Below, one piece after another: positions 18,227 through 27,151 of a DNA stretch of 64,000 nucleotides. Origin of the DNA: Thermoplasmatales archaeon (GTDB lineage Archaea; Thermoplasmatota; Thermoplasmata; Thermoplasmatales; GCA-001856825). Under the pieces are notes generated by a model. It saw nothing but the letters and a program-made list of their open reading frames with translations, did not search any database and was not told the DNA's origin. The stretch spans positions 4,550 through 68,549 of the forward strand of contig JAJSLL010000008.1 of assembly GCA_026127935.1 (NCBI GenBank), written 5' to 3'. Position 1 is the stretch's first letter. Every line of letters starts with the position of its first letter. The position numbers and the translations under genes were made by a program.

Positions 18227-19312
18227 TTAACCCTTGTTCAGGAACACTGTGAGGTTATCTCCATCCTGTACCCTGTGCTGCAAACCCACGCGCTGATTGG
18301 GGAATCTCACGGATTTGCCCGTAATGGTGGCGAATTTGAATTTTTCGACGAATTCTGTGTGAACAGCCTTGCAAACGTCTTCGACCGTGCTTCCCTCTCT
18401 CACCACCATCGGTTCCTTATCTGCAGGCGCATTCCAGGGTATGAGATGCACCCTGATCATCCTGACCTTCCCGGCTATCTTCTCCTTCAGCAAATCTATG
18501 TTCCTTTTTTTCGTAACGGAGGTTGGGATGGGGTTGAAGGATTCTAGGAACTCATACGCCTTCTGGAATTCTGGAGTGTCTGCCTTGTTCAGGATGAAAA
18601 TCGCAGGGAGGTACACCCTGTTTCCAAGCAGACCATCTATGAAAACATCCGGAGTCATGGATTGTCTCAGTATTATGTCTGCGTTTATTATCCCGAACTC
18701 CCTGCTAATAGATTCTAGAAGCTCAATATCGAATTCGGATTTTCCCACTTTGGTAATGTTCAGCCCTCCTTTGTCTTTGAGCAGTATGGACATCTTCGGA
18801 GGCTTCTGGTTGATCCGAATACCTTCTCTCTGCAGCTCCTTGATGATGTAAGACGGATCGTACTTGAAAGGATCAAGGACGACCACGATCAGATCCACAT
18901 TCCTCAGGACTGAAATGACCTCCTTCCCCCTTCCTCTACCTTCGTGCGCACCTTCGATGACCCCCGGCAGGTCAAGTATCCTGAACTTCATGTCCCTGTA
19001 TTCCATCACGCCTGGAACTATGGAGAGCGTGGTGAAATCGAAAGCTCCGACCCTGCTCTCTGCGTTTGTGATCGCGTTCAGAATGCTGCTCTTACCTACC
19101 GAAGGCGGACCCAGCAGACCGATGCTAGGATAGATTCCTTTCTTTATGAAAAAACCCGTTCCTGCTCCCTTCTTGGATCTTTCTTCTCTTACTTTTTCGA
19201 GCCTAGCTATCTTTGCCTTGATCCTCCCGATGTGGTGTTCCGTAGCTTTGTTGTACTGTGTCTTCTTTATCTCTGCTTCGAGTTCCTTGATCTCATCGTC
19301 AATAGCGGGCAT
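18227..19312 (-). CDS. Developmentally regulated GTP-binding protein (DRG/Obg family GTPase with TGS domain)
   Basis: G1 GPPSVGKSS, G3 DLPG, NKAD, and a C-terminal TGS-like domain. Confidence 0.85.
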   Translation of the reverse strand: MPAIDDEIKELEAEIKKTQYNKATEHHIGRIKAKIARLEKVREERSKKGAGTGFFIKKGIYPSIGLLGPPSVGKSSILNAITNAESRVGAFDFTTLSIVPGVMEYRDMKFRILDLPGVIEGAHEGRGRGKEVISVLRNVDLIVVVLDPFKYDPSYIIKELQREGIRINQKPPKMSILLKDKGGLNITKVGKSEFDIELLESISREFGIINADIILRQSMTPDVFIDGLLGNRVYLPAIFILNKADTPEFQKAYEFLESFNPIPTSVTKKRNIDLLKEKIAGKVRMIRVHLIPWNAPADKEPMVVREGSTVEDVCKAVHTEFVEKFKFATITGKSVRFPNQRVGLQHRVQDGDNLTVFLNKG

Positions 19313-19832
19313 CTACGGTGACCTTCACCAAGCTCAAGACTTCGAAATCGTAGTCCAATTCGTTCACAATCCGGAAGGAGAGTCCTTCGAACTGTCCCTT
19401 TTCTGTTTGAGATAATGAGGACTCAATATAAAAAGCGTAGTCGGAATATTCACTGAATTTTTTCAAGAATTCCAAGGTCAATTCATTTCCTTTGGTACCA
19501 CCCGTCCAGGTTGGGTCGTCAGGAACTTCTGAGGGGAGATAGGGAGGATTGAAAACGCACCAGTCGAATTTTCCCCTTATTCCATCGAACATATTTGTCC
19601 TGACAACATTCACCGAGAGACCGCTCTTAATTGCGTTATTTCTCGCACACCTTGTTGCCTTTTCAGATATGTCCACAAGGGTGACGACTGACCCACTTTT
19701 GGCATAGCTCAGCCCTATGATACCCGTTCCACAACCAATCTCCAGTATCCTGCCCTTTATTTCTTCGATGCCCAATAAGAGATAGGAGTCGTCCTCCGGT
19801 TCGTAAACTCCAGCGCACTTCTCTATTCTCAT
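19299..19832 (-). CDS. SAM-dependent methyltransferase, HemK/Mtq2-like (N5-glutamine methyltransferase family)
   Basis: SAM motif LEIGCGTG and catalytic NPPY. Confidence 0.75.
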   Translation of the reverse strand: MRIEKCAGVYEPEDDSYLLLGIEEIKGRILEIGCGTGIIGLSYAKSGSVVTLVDISEKATRCARNNAIKSGLSVNVVRTNMFDGIRGKFDWCVFNPPYLPSEVPDDPTWTGGTKGNELTLEFLKKFSEYSDYAFYIESSLSQTEKGQFEGLSFRIVNELDYDFEVLSLVKVTVDARY

Positions 19833-20485
19833 AGGTTTAGTGCTTCTTCAATGTTAGAAATCTCAACTGTAGTGCTGTCTTCTCCTATCAGTGCACCTTT
19901 GCTGTTTGAAACGACGGAAGCCCCGATGTACAGACTGCCGAAGTTAGCGGTTCCTACCCTTCCCTTCACACCGAATATCTTGCCGAGTTCATCAATCTCA
20001 TCATCTGTCATATTAGGAGGTATGACTAGTCCTGATGATGTGATAAGCCCGCTGGACCCAACCGTCCTGACTTCCTTGAATTTCCCCTTAACAACTTCCA
20101 CTCCTAGAACCTCTCCAATTGTCCTGACCGACTCATCGCTGAACTCTTCGTGGATGAGGGCGGCCTTGTTGTTAGCAAGAATGTTGTTACCCACAGCATT
20201 CAGGTTGTCTTTCAGGACCGCATAGTTGACGCCCTTTGGGATGTTCTTGAGCTCCTCTTCTGATACTATATTGCCGAAAATCATTCCGTTAGAGTTCATG
20301 ACGGCCATCGAACCGAGAAGATTCGAGCCACCGATGGTCATCTCAATAGGCTCTGTTTTGAGATAGTGTGAAGCCATGCTCTTGAAATCTCTATCGGAGT
20401 TCCTTGGCACCAGTGTATAGTCTTCACAGGTCCTGAGATAGACTCCCAAAAAAGGAGAATTGAATATCCTTGTAACCTGTATCAT
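19829..20485 (-). CDS. eif6: Translation initiation factor 6 (aIF6)
   Basis: Pentein-repeat sequence typical of eIF6 and conserved neighbourhood with rpl31e/rpl39e. Confidence 0.9.
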   Translation of the reverse strand: MIQVTRIFNSPFLGVYLRTCEDYTLVPRNSDRDFKSMASHYLKTEPIEMTIGGSNLLGSMAVMNSNGMIFGNIVSEEELKNIPKGVNYAVLKDNLNAVGNNILANNKAALIHEEFSDESVRTIGEVLGVEVVKGKFKEVRTVGSSGLITSSGLVIPPNMTDDEIDELGKIFGVKGRVGTANFGSLYIGASVVSNSKGALIGEDSTTVEISNIEEALNL

Positions 20486-20751
20486 GCCTGATCTGGAAGA
20501 AGTACCTCAGCTGAATTGTCCTCTTCCAGTTTCAATATCTTCACTCTCAGTTTCCTTGGAGGTTTTTCGATTCCCCTCTTCCAGATGAACTTGTTGACTG
20601 AATCGTCAATCCAAACATTATCTGAAGGAACCTTCATGAAGCGTGCCACTTTCGCCCTTAGCAGCGATACCGCCGCAGAACTCCTTCTCTTCCTTGAAAC
20701 GTAAACTACTTCCCTCAGTGATATTGTCATCTCAACTTCTTTCTCTGCCAT
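20482..20751 (-). CDS. rpl31e: 50S ribosomal protein L31e
   Basis: '..IWKRGIEKPPRKLRVK..' L31e signature. Confidence 0.9.
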   Translation of the reverse strand: MAEKEVEMTISLREVVYVSRKRRSSAAVSLLRAKVARFMKVPSDNVWIDDSVNKFIWKRGIEKPPRKLRVKILKLEEDNSAEVLLPDQA

Positions 20752-20756
20752 TCATC

Positions 20757-20912
20757 TCACTCCTTCAGCTTGTTCCTTCTCCACGTCCTCCTCTTCGGAT
20801 TGGTGGTAACTCTCCTGTTTGTCTTCATCATAACCCAGGCAGGAACCCTGGAATTCTCGTTCACTTTTGCCATCAGTCTCTTCTTCGTCGCAACATGCTT
20901 GTTTCTTGCCAA
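20757..20912 (-). CDS. rpl39e: 50S ribosomal protein L39e (51 aa; absent from the ORF track)
   Basis: My translation: (TTG)[51 protein letters not shown]. Classic L39e sequence, wedged between the PDCD5-like gene and rpl31e. Confidence 0.85.
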   Translation of the reverse strand: MARNKHVATKKRLMAKVNENSRVPAWVMMKTNRRVTTNPKRRTWRRNKLKE

Positions 20913-20918
20913 ATTTGT

Positions 20919-21269
20919 TCATCTCCTCTCTATTTTTGTCTCTCTCTTTTCTGATAATCTTGCCAAGAGGGATTTCACCTCTGCGTCTGTGATCAGCCTG
21001 TTCAGGCGACCCGACTGGGCAAGCATTATTATTTGATTTTCCACGTTTTCGACCAGTTCTGGTTTCACGAGCCTGACGTTGGTCAATCTCTCGTAAGCAT
21101 CTGGAGTCACGAATCTCTTTATGACGTCCTGTCTCTCTTTCTCAGCCGCCCTTCGTTGGGTTGCTTCTCTCTCTTGAGCATCCTGGCTAGCGGCTGCCTG
21201 GCTCTGGAGGTCCATCATCCTTCTTCTCTTGATCTCTTCTAGTTCTCTATCATCGGTCAATTCTTTCAA
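20919..21269 (-). CDS. PDCD5/TFAR19-like DNA-binding protein
   Basis: '..YERLTNVRLVKPELVENVENQIIMLAQSGRL..' is typical of archaeal PDCD5 homologs. Confidence 0.8.
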   Translation of the reverse strand: MKELTDDRELEEIKRRRMMDLQSQAAASQDAQEREATQRRAAEKERQDVIKRFVTPDAYERLTNVRLVKPELVENVENQIIMLAQSGRLNRLITDAEVKSLLARLSEKRETKIERR

Positions 21270-21272
21270 CCC

Positions 21273-21719
21273 TCAGATGTATTTCTCAATTGCGGGAACC
21301 TTTTCCTTCAATGCCGCTGAAGCGTTCTTTGCTGCAGAATTGAGCAGTTTAGTTCCCGAGGAAGAAACAGATCTCCCTTTCTTGCTTTTCAGCACATACC
21401 CCAGTTTTTCAAGGTCCTGTAGTGCAGACCTCAATACCTTTCTTGATCCCTTTCCGGCGTGGTGTGCCTTGGAACCTCTGTCCACCTTTCCTCCGTATTG
21501 AGAGGCGAGCTTCTCTATCCCTATGGGTGAGTTCGTCGCAACCTTTCTGAGAACTGATGCGACTCTGATATAGTACCAGTCAGCTTCGTTCGGTCCCCGC
21601 TCCTTGTGCTGGCCGGTCTTCACTTCTTTTGCCCACTTTGGCTCTTGAATTTCCTCTGATAGCTTGTTAGAAATCTCCCTTATCAACATCTCTGGTGGTA
21701 TATCCTTGAAATTGACCAT
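21273..21719 (-). CDS. rps19e: 30S ribosomal protein S19e
   Basis: '..KTGQHKERGPNEADWYYIRVASVLRK..' S19e signature. Confidence 0.9.
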   Translation of the reverse strand: MVNFKDIPPEMLIREISNKLSEEIQEPKWAKEVKTGQHKERGPNEADWYYIRVASVLRKVATNSPIGIEKLASQYGGKVDRGSKAHHAGKGSRKVLRSALQDLEKLGYVLKSKKGRSVSSSGTKLLNSAAKNASAALKEKVPAIEKYI

Positions 21720-21773
21720 TGCTACATCCTTCCTTAACCGTATAAAGAAGATATATTTAAAATTCCTCGCAAA

Positions 21774-23696
21774 TTATCTCAGTCTCACGGTTTCCAAATT
21801 ATAGGGAGCATAGCTTTCCACTCCGAATTTCAGAGAAAGTGCCCGCGAGAACTCCGTGGCCTTGCTTGCGTCACCGTGGTTCACTAGAATCCTCTTCGGT
21901 TTGAATTCGAGGGCTTCTATGTACTTCATGAGCTGCCTCCTGTCAGAATGGCCCGAGAATCCATCCACTGTATCTACCCTCATTGAAATTTTGACTTCCT
22001 GGACTCCATTGTTCCTTCGAACATTGAGTTGCTTTGTCCCCGACAGTATCCTTCTTCCGAGTGTTCCCTCCGCCTGATACCCTACAAACAGCAGGAAGTT
22101 CCTCTCATCGTCTGCCCAGTTGGAGAAGTATTCAATGACCGGTCCACCGTTCATCATACCGGAAGTGGCTAGCACCACCAGTGGGCCAACGTCACTAACG
22201 ATGTTTTCCCTCGTTTCAGGTGCATCGACCCTCGTGAAAATATCGGAGAGGAATGGGTTCTCCTTCTTGCGGGTTATCAGGTCTCTCAGATTGGAGTTGA
22301 GGAATTCAGGGTAGGCTGTATGGATGCTTGTCGCCTCATAGATCATTCCGTCTAGGTATACGGGCACCTTCGGAATCTCCCCCAGCCTATATTTCTCTTC
22401 AATTACGAGCATTACCTCCTGGCTCCTTCCGACTGCAAAAACAGGTATCAGCACCTTCCCCTTTGTCTCGGTCACCAGCCTTATGATCTGAGCAAGTCTC
22501 TCCCCTGCTTCCTGTCTGCTCGGCTGAAAATCGTTCCGGCCACCGTAGGTGCTCTCTGTGACGAACGTTTCTACCCTAGGAAGTCTGCTGTCTGCAGCGT
22601 TGAACAGCCAGGAATTCATGTATTTTATGTCGCCAGACATCAACAGGTTGTGGAAGCCTTCACCTATATGGAAATGTACAACTGAGGATCCCAGGATGTG
22701 TCCGGCATTTCTAAGTGTCACCCTGATGTCCGGAGATATGTCCGTTGTCTCGTTGTAGTTGAGAGTGACTGTGTGCCTTATCAGGTTCCTGACATCTTCC
22801 ATTTTGTAGGGTATCTTCCTGTTCTCTGACATTCCGAGTTTAACGTAATCCATAAGCAACAGGAGCAACAAGTCCCTCGCTGGCGCCGTCATATAAACGG
22901 GACCGTCATACCCTATGTTGAACAGATAAGGGAGGAATCCGCTGTGGTCCAAGTGAGAGTGAGTCAACACCACTCCGTCGACTGAGTTGAGTGGCCACAG
23001 CTCTGGTGCTCCAAGATAAGGGGCGCCACTTGCCGGGTCATCAGAGTCGACGGCGCCCGGGTCGAGCCCGCAGTCTATCATTATCTTTGAATTCTTCGTC
23101 ATCAGAAGCGACGAAGCCCTTCCAACTTCACGCCATGCGCCGAGGCAAGTGAGACGGGCGAAATTCTCTCCGGGGAGAGGATCTCTGCTTATCCTCTTTG
23201 CCAAGTTCTTCAGGAATTTCCTCCGCTCATCGGACTCAGCCTTCAGGAACTCTCTGACCATCTTTATGGTCGCACTCTTGATGGGTGGTGTTCTCATTAT
23301 CCTAGGCGCCCATTTCACATCCTTTCTGATAGTCGCTATGATCTGGGAGTTGTATAACTGAATTCTCTCCGGATCGTCGACCTCGATGATGACTTCTCCG
23401 GAATCGTGTTCAAAGAATATATCCGAAATTGAGACGTCTTCCGGAAGGATCTTTCTTATCATCTCCTCTGCTTCCTTCTCATCGACCAGGGAGGAGCTGT
23501 CTGGTCTGATTATTATCCTCTTTCTAATGGATTGAGCAAGTTTTTTTATCTTCTCTGGATCTTCCAGGAATTTGTAGCTCTCTTTAGAATAGAGAACCAC
23601 GTTTGCTCCCTCCATATCCAGGCTAGTGTACCCTAGTCCTGGAAAAATCGTTTCCAAGTTTTCCTTTGCGTTAGCTATGATTTCTTCATATTTCAT
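21774..23696 (-). CDS. aCPSF1/FttA: KH-domain + metallo-beta-lactamase + beta-CASP ribonuclease
   Basis: N-terminal KH repeats, HSHLDHSG motif and beta-CASP C-terminus. ATG at 23696 is preferred; the TTG at 23720 used by the track is also possible. Confidence 0.9.
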   Translation of the reverse strand: MKYEEIIANAKENLETIFPGLGYTSLDMEGANVVLYSKESYKFLEDPEKIKKLAQSIRKRIIIRPDSSSLVDEKEAEEMIRKILPEDVSISDIFFEHDSGEVIIEVDDPERIQLYNSQIIATIRKDVKWAPRIMRTPPIKSATIKMVREFLKAESDERRKFLKNLAKRISRDPLPGENFARLTCLGAWREVGRASSLLMTKNSKIMIDCGLDPGAVDSDDPASGAPYLGAPELWPLNSVDGVVLTHSHLDHSGFLPYLFNIGYDGPVYMTAPARDLLLLLLMDYVKLGMSENRKIPYKMEDVRNLIRHTVTLNYNETTDISPDIRVTLRNAGHILGSSVVHFHIGEGFHNLLMSGDIKYMNSWLFNAADSRLPRVETFVTESTYGGRNDFQPSRQEAGERLAQIIRLVTETKGKVLIPVFAVGRSQEVMLVIEEKYRLGEIPKVPVYLDGMIYEATSIHTAYPEFLNSNLRDLITRKKENPFLSDIFTRVDAPETRENIVSDVGPLVVLATSGMMNGGPVIEYFSNWADDERNFLLFVGYQAEGTLGRRILSGTKQLNVRRNNGVQEVKISMRVDTVDGFSGHSDRRQLMKYIEALEFKPKRILVNHGDASKATEFSRALSLKFGVESYAPYNLETVRLR

Positions 23697-23738
23697 TAAA
23701 AATTCCTTCTTTAAAAACAAAAATAATAAAAATTATGA

Positions 23739-24398
23739 TTATTTAAGTTTCTTTATTCTTTTCTGAACCTCCTCTTCTGAAAGTTCCTTGTATCCCTCGT
23801 CTGGGGTAATCGTGACTATGTCCATTCCATTTCCCGTAGCTGCGTCCCTCTGGAGCGAAGTTGAGACCGCCCTTATGGCAAGGTCTATTCCTTCATCCCT
23901 GCTCATGTTATCTCTATAACCGTCCTCAAGGACGCCGTACACAAATGGCGATCCGGATCCTGTGCTCACAAACTTGTCCTCTACCGAGCCTCCAGCTTCG
24001 TCTATCGAAAAGACGTGCGGGACAGTATCGTAGCCTGCGAGTATTATCTGAACGTAAAAGGGTGCAAACTTGGTCTGGTTCAGCATGTTCGCCAGTAAGG
24101 TCGACAACCCTGAGACAGATATTCTCGTTCCTTTCTTGTATTTGTACAGCTCAGCTTCTGCCTTTAGGTATCTGACGAGAGTTTGCAGGTCTCCGACAAG
24201 TCCTGCAGTGGTCATTCCGATGAAATCGTCAATCTTATAAACCTTCTTCCCGACCTTGTGAGCAACCATGTAACCTGCTGTGACTCTGTGGTCTGCGGCG
24301 ATTACTAATCCACCTTTTACAACCATCGCCAACGTTGTAGTTCCTGTTTTAAGTTCTTCCACGTATAACACCTTCTCAAAACTTACTGGACTATCCAA
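23739..24398 (-). CDS. psmB: Proteasome subunit beta
   Basis: Propeptide followed by the G|TTT active-site threonine (..LKTGTTTLAMVVKGG..). Confidence 0.9.
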   Translation of the reverse strand: MDSPVSFEKVLYVEELKTGTTTLAMVVKGGLVIAADHRVTAGYMVAHKVGKKVYKIDDFIGMTTAGLVGDLQTLVRYLKAEAELYKYKKGTRISVSGLSTLLANMLNQTKFAPFYVQIILAGYDTVPHVFSIDEAGGSVEDKFVSTGSGSPFVYGVLEDGYRDNMSRDEGIDLAIRAVSTSLQRDAATGNGMDIVTITPDEGYKELSEEEVQKRIKKLK

Positions 24399-24619
24399 TA
24401 AGAATATATAATTACTTCGTTACAAAGTGAAAGGATCAAAAGACAGGAATGGATGGATTTTTACAAAGAAGCATGGTTCAAGACCCGGTCAGGGGTACCT
24501 GATTCCCGTCTGTTTTGAGTCGGCATTTAGTTAACGATAACATTATATTTCACTCTTTATTAATCCACTCGTGAGGGTTTCAAATAATTACTTTCACAGT
24601 AAAATAGAGGTGATAAACA

Positions 24620-25876
24620 ATGAATATAGACCCAAATATCACCAAGTATCTCATGAAGGTAAAGATAGTCACCGACGGGATAGTAGAAAAACCCGATGTG
24701 GTGGGAGCTATTTTTGGCCAGACGGAGGGCTTGCTGGGTGATGAACTAGACTTAAGAGACTTGCAAAAATCGGGAAAAATAGGAAGAATAGAAGTAGATA
24801 TCGAATCAAAGAACGGCAAATCTGAGGGAACTGTTTACATTCCATCTGGGGTTGACCAGGTTGAGACGAGCATTGTAGCTGCTAGCCTGGAGACGATAGA
24901 TAGGATCGGGCCTTGCAAGGCGAAGGTAGAGGTTCTTAGTGTAGAGGATGTCAGGGTAGCCAAGAGAGAGAAGGTCGTCGAGAGGGCAAAGGAGATCCTT
25001 GAGAAGATGCTTCTCAACAACAAGAATCTAGGAGAAGACCTGGTCCAGACCGTAAGGAGTAAGGTGGAGAATGCTGAAATTGCGGCATATGGCCCCGACA
25101 AGCTCCCGGGAGGACCCAACTTGAACGCGAGCGAATCGATTGTTGTAGTGGAGGGAAGGAACGACGTCCTGAATCTTCTGAAATTCGGCATCAAGAACAC
25201 GATCGCCGTTGAAGGAACAAACATATCAAAGACTATATCTGATCTCACGAGAAAGAAGACATCCACGGCATTCCTAGATGGAGACAGAGGAGGAGACCTG
25301 ATTCTGAAGGAACTACTTCAGGTCGCTGACCTTGACTTTGTTGCCAGAGCGCCTAGCGGATTCGAGGTGGAAGAGCTCACATATAAACAAGTAGTGAAGG
25401 CTCTCAGGGACAAATCGCCCCTTGACCAGTACCTTGCATCCCACGGAATGCAGGAAGAGCTCAAGATACTCAACACGAAGACCGAGTCTGCTCCAAAAAA
25501 GAGGGAGGAGGAGGTCATACAGGTTGTTGCGACAGCAGAATCCCGACCAAATGGTTTTGCAGACAACGGACAGAAAGCTACGGGTGCAAAAGCATATATG
25601 AAAATTCTTGACGAAGCGTCGCAGGGAAAGGAGGTTAGGTTCTATGACGACGCGTGGGAACTGATAGGCAAGCTACCACTCAACGAGGTCATAGAGAAAT
25701 TCGCTTCAATCGACAAGAAATACACCAAGATTGTAACCGGAGGAATTGTTTCCCAGAGACTGCTGGACACCGCCTACACGAACGGGATCAGAGAGATCTA
25801 CGGAATCAAACTCGGACACATTGCGAAGAGGCCAGCAGACATAAAGGTCGTAACTAAGGAATTCGGAAGGAATTAA
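24620..25876 (+). CDS. dnaG: Archaeal DnaG (TOPRIM primase / exosome-associated)
   Basis: '..PDVVGAIFGQTEGLLGDELDLRDLQKSGKIGRI..' N-terminus and TOPRIM motifs (VVEGRNDV .. DGDRGG). Confidence 0.9.
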   Translation: MNIDPNITKYLMKVKIVTDGIVEKPDVVGAIFGQTEGLLGDELDLRDLQKSGKIGRIEVDIESKNGKSEGTVYIPSGVDQVETSIVAASLETIDRIGPCKAKVEVLSVEDVRVAKREKVVERAKEILEKMLLNNKNLGEDLVQTVRSKVENAEIAAYGPDKLPGGPNLNASESIVVVEGRNDVLNLLKFGIKNTIAVEGTNISKTISDLTRKKTSTAFLDGDRGGDLILKELLQVADLDFVARAPSGFEVEELTYKQVVKALRDKSPLDQYLASHGMQEELKILNTKTESAPKKREEEVIQVVATAESRPNGFADNGQKATGAKAYMKILDEASQGKEVRFYDDAWELIGKLPLNEVIEKFASIDKKYTKIVTGGIVSQRLLDTAYTNGIREIYGIKLGHIAKRPADIKVVTKEFGRN

Positions 25877-26089
25877 TTTAGATACAGCCTGAATAAATAA
25901 CATCAGCTTGATCTCTGATAAGGTCAACTGATGATTCTCCTATTTTGTCACACAACGATCAAAGACAAGTCTGTATTTTCAAATGGCATTCATATCGATT
26001 TCCGTGGATCAAGTTGACTAAAGATTTCTATGAGACAAGAAATTTTCTAGAAAATTAAATGAGTGTCGGAAACGACAATGCGGTTCTAA

Positions 26090-26386
26090 TTACATATTGA
26101 GCATCTTTCTTGCTTCATCAGAGATCATATCCAGATTCCACTGTGGTTCCCATACGAGCTCTATATCACACTGCTTCACACCCGGTAGTTCCTCCACTCT
26201 CTTCTGTGCCTCAACGAGAATCCAGTCAGTGACAGGGCAGCTTGGTGCCGTCATGGTCATTCTGATGCTGACTTTGTCGTTATCGATGTCTAGATTGTAG
26301 ATAAGACCCAGATTCACTATATCCACTCCTATCTCTGGATCACTGACAGTCTTCAATACCTCGAATACCTCATCTTTTGATACCAT
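26090..26386 (-). CDS. DUF59 / SufT-like Fe-S assembly protein
   Basis: '..VLKTVSDPEIGVDIVNLGLIY.. ..MTMTAPSCP..' motif. Confidence 0.8.
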   Translation of the reverse strand: MVSKDEVFEVLKTVSDPEIGVDIVNLGLIYNLDIDNDKVSIRMTMTAPSCPVTDWILVEAQKRVEELPGVKQCDIELVWEPQWNLDMISDEARKMLNM

Positions 26387-26637
26387 TTCATAAAAATTGA
26401 ACCAATGTATTCATATTTTTTGTCTTTTTAATCTACGCCTTACAACATATTTGCACAGGACGCCCTATTAAAAATTAGACTTGACGGCTTCAAAGTGGCA
26501 AACCAAATTGAATGTTCCCTGGACTATGATTCGATTTCTATCTGAATGCAGTCTACAAAAACTAATTTAATAACTGCCTCGGCAAAGATACACTTCAGAT
26601 CCATCTAGAGGATGCTTTGGAGCGTGTGAACACATTA

Positions 26638-26645
26638 TTTATATA
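26638..26645 (+). promoter_or_regulatory. TATA box (tttatata) for purE
   Basis: 30-37 nt upstream of the ATG at 26675, implying a very short leader. Confidence 0.4.
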
Positions 26646-26674
26646 TTCTTATCTCGCATTACTCTACGAGCGTA

Positions 26675-27151
26675 ATGAGAAAAGTCTCAGTTGTTATGGG
26701 TAGCACAAGCGATCTGGAAACCATGAAGGACGCGATAGGTACGCTAAAGGATTTCGGAATTGAAGTGGATTACGGAGTGTATTCAGCTCACAGATCCCCC
26801 GAAAGATTGGTAGATTATTGTTCTAACTTGAAGAAATCTGGGGTTGGAGTTGTCATAGCTGGTGCGGGAGGTGCCGCAGCGCTTCCGGGAATGATTGCTG
26901 CGCTCACCGAGCTACCTGTGATAGGAGTACCAATCATGGGTAAGACGCTGAATGGGTTGGATTCGCTCTTGAGCATTGTGCAGATGCCTCCGGGAGTACC
27001 TGTGGCAACTGTTGGCATAAACTCATCAAAGAACGCGGCTCTACTTGCAATCAGGATGATTGCCCTCTACGACGGAGAAATCAAGGTAAAGCTTGAAGAA
27101 TACATAAAGAAGCAGAAGAAGGATGCCGCAGAGAAGCAGTTGGTTCTCTGA
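26675..27151 (+). CDS. purE: N5-carboxyaminoimidazole ribonucleotide mutase / AIR carboxylase catalytic subunit
   Basis: '..VVMGSTSD.. ..SAHR.P.. ..AGGAAALPGM.A..T..PVIGVP' PurE signature. Confidence 0.9.
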   Translation: MRKVSVVMGSTSDLETMKDAIGTLKDFGIEVDYGVYSAHRSPERLVDYCSNLKKSGVGVVIAGAGGAAALPGMIAALTELPVIGVPIMGKTLNGLDSLLSIVQMPPGVPVATVGINSSKNAALLAIRMIALYDGEIKVKLEEYIKKQKKDAAEKQLVL

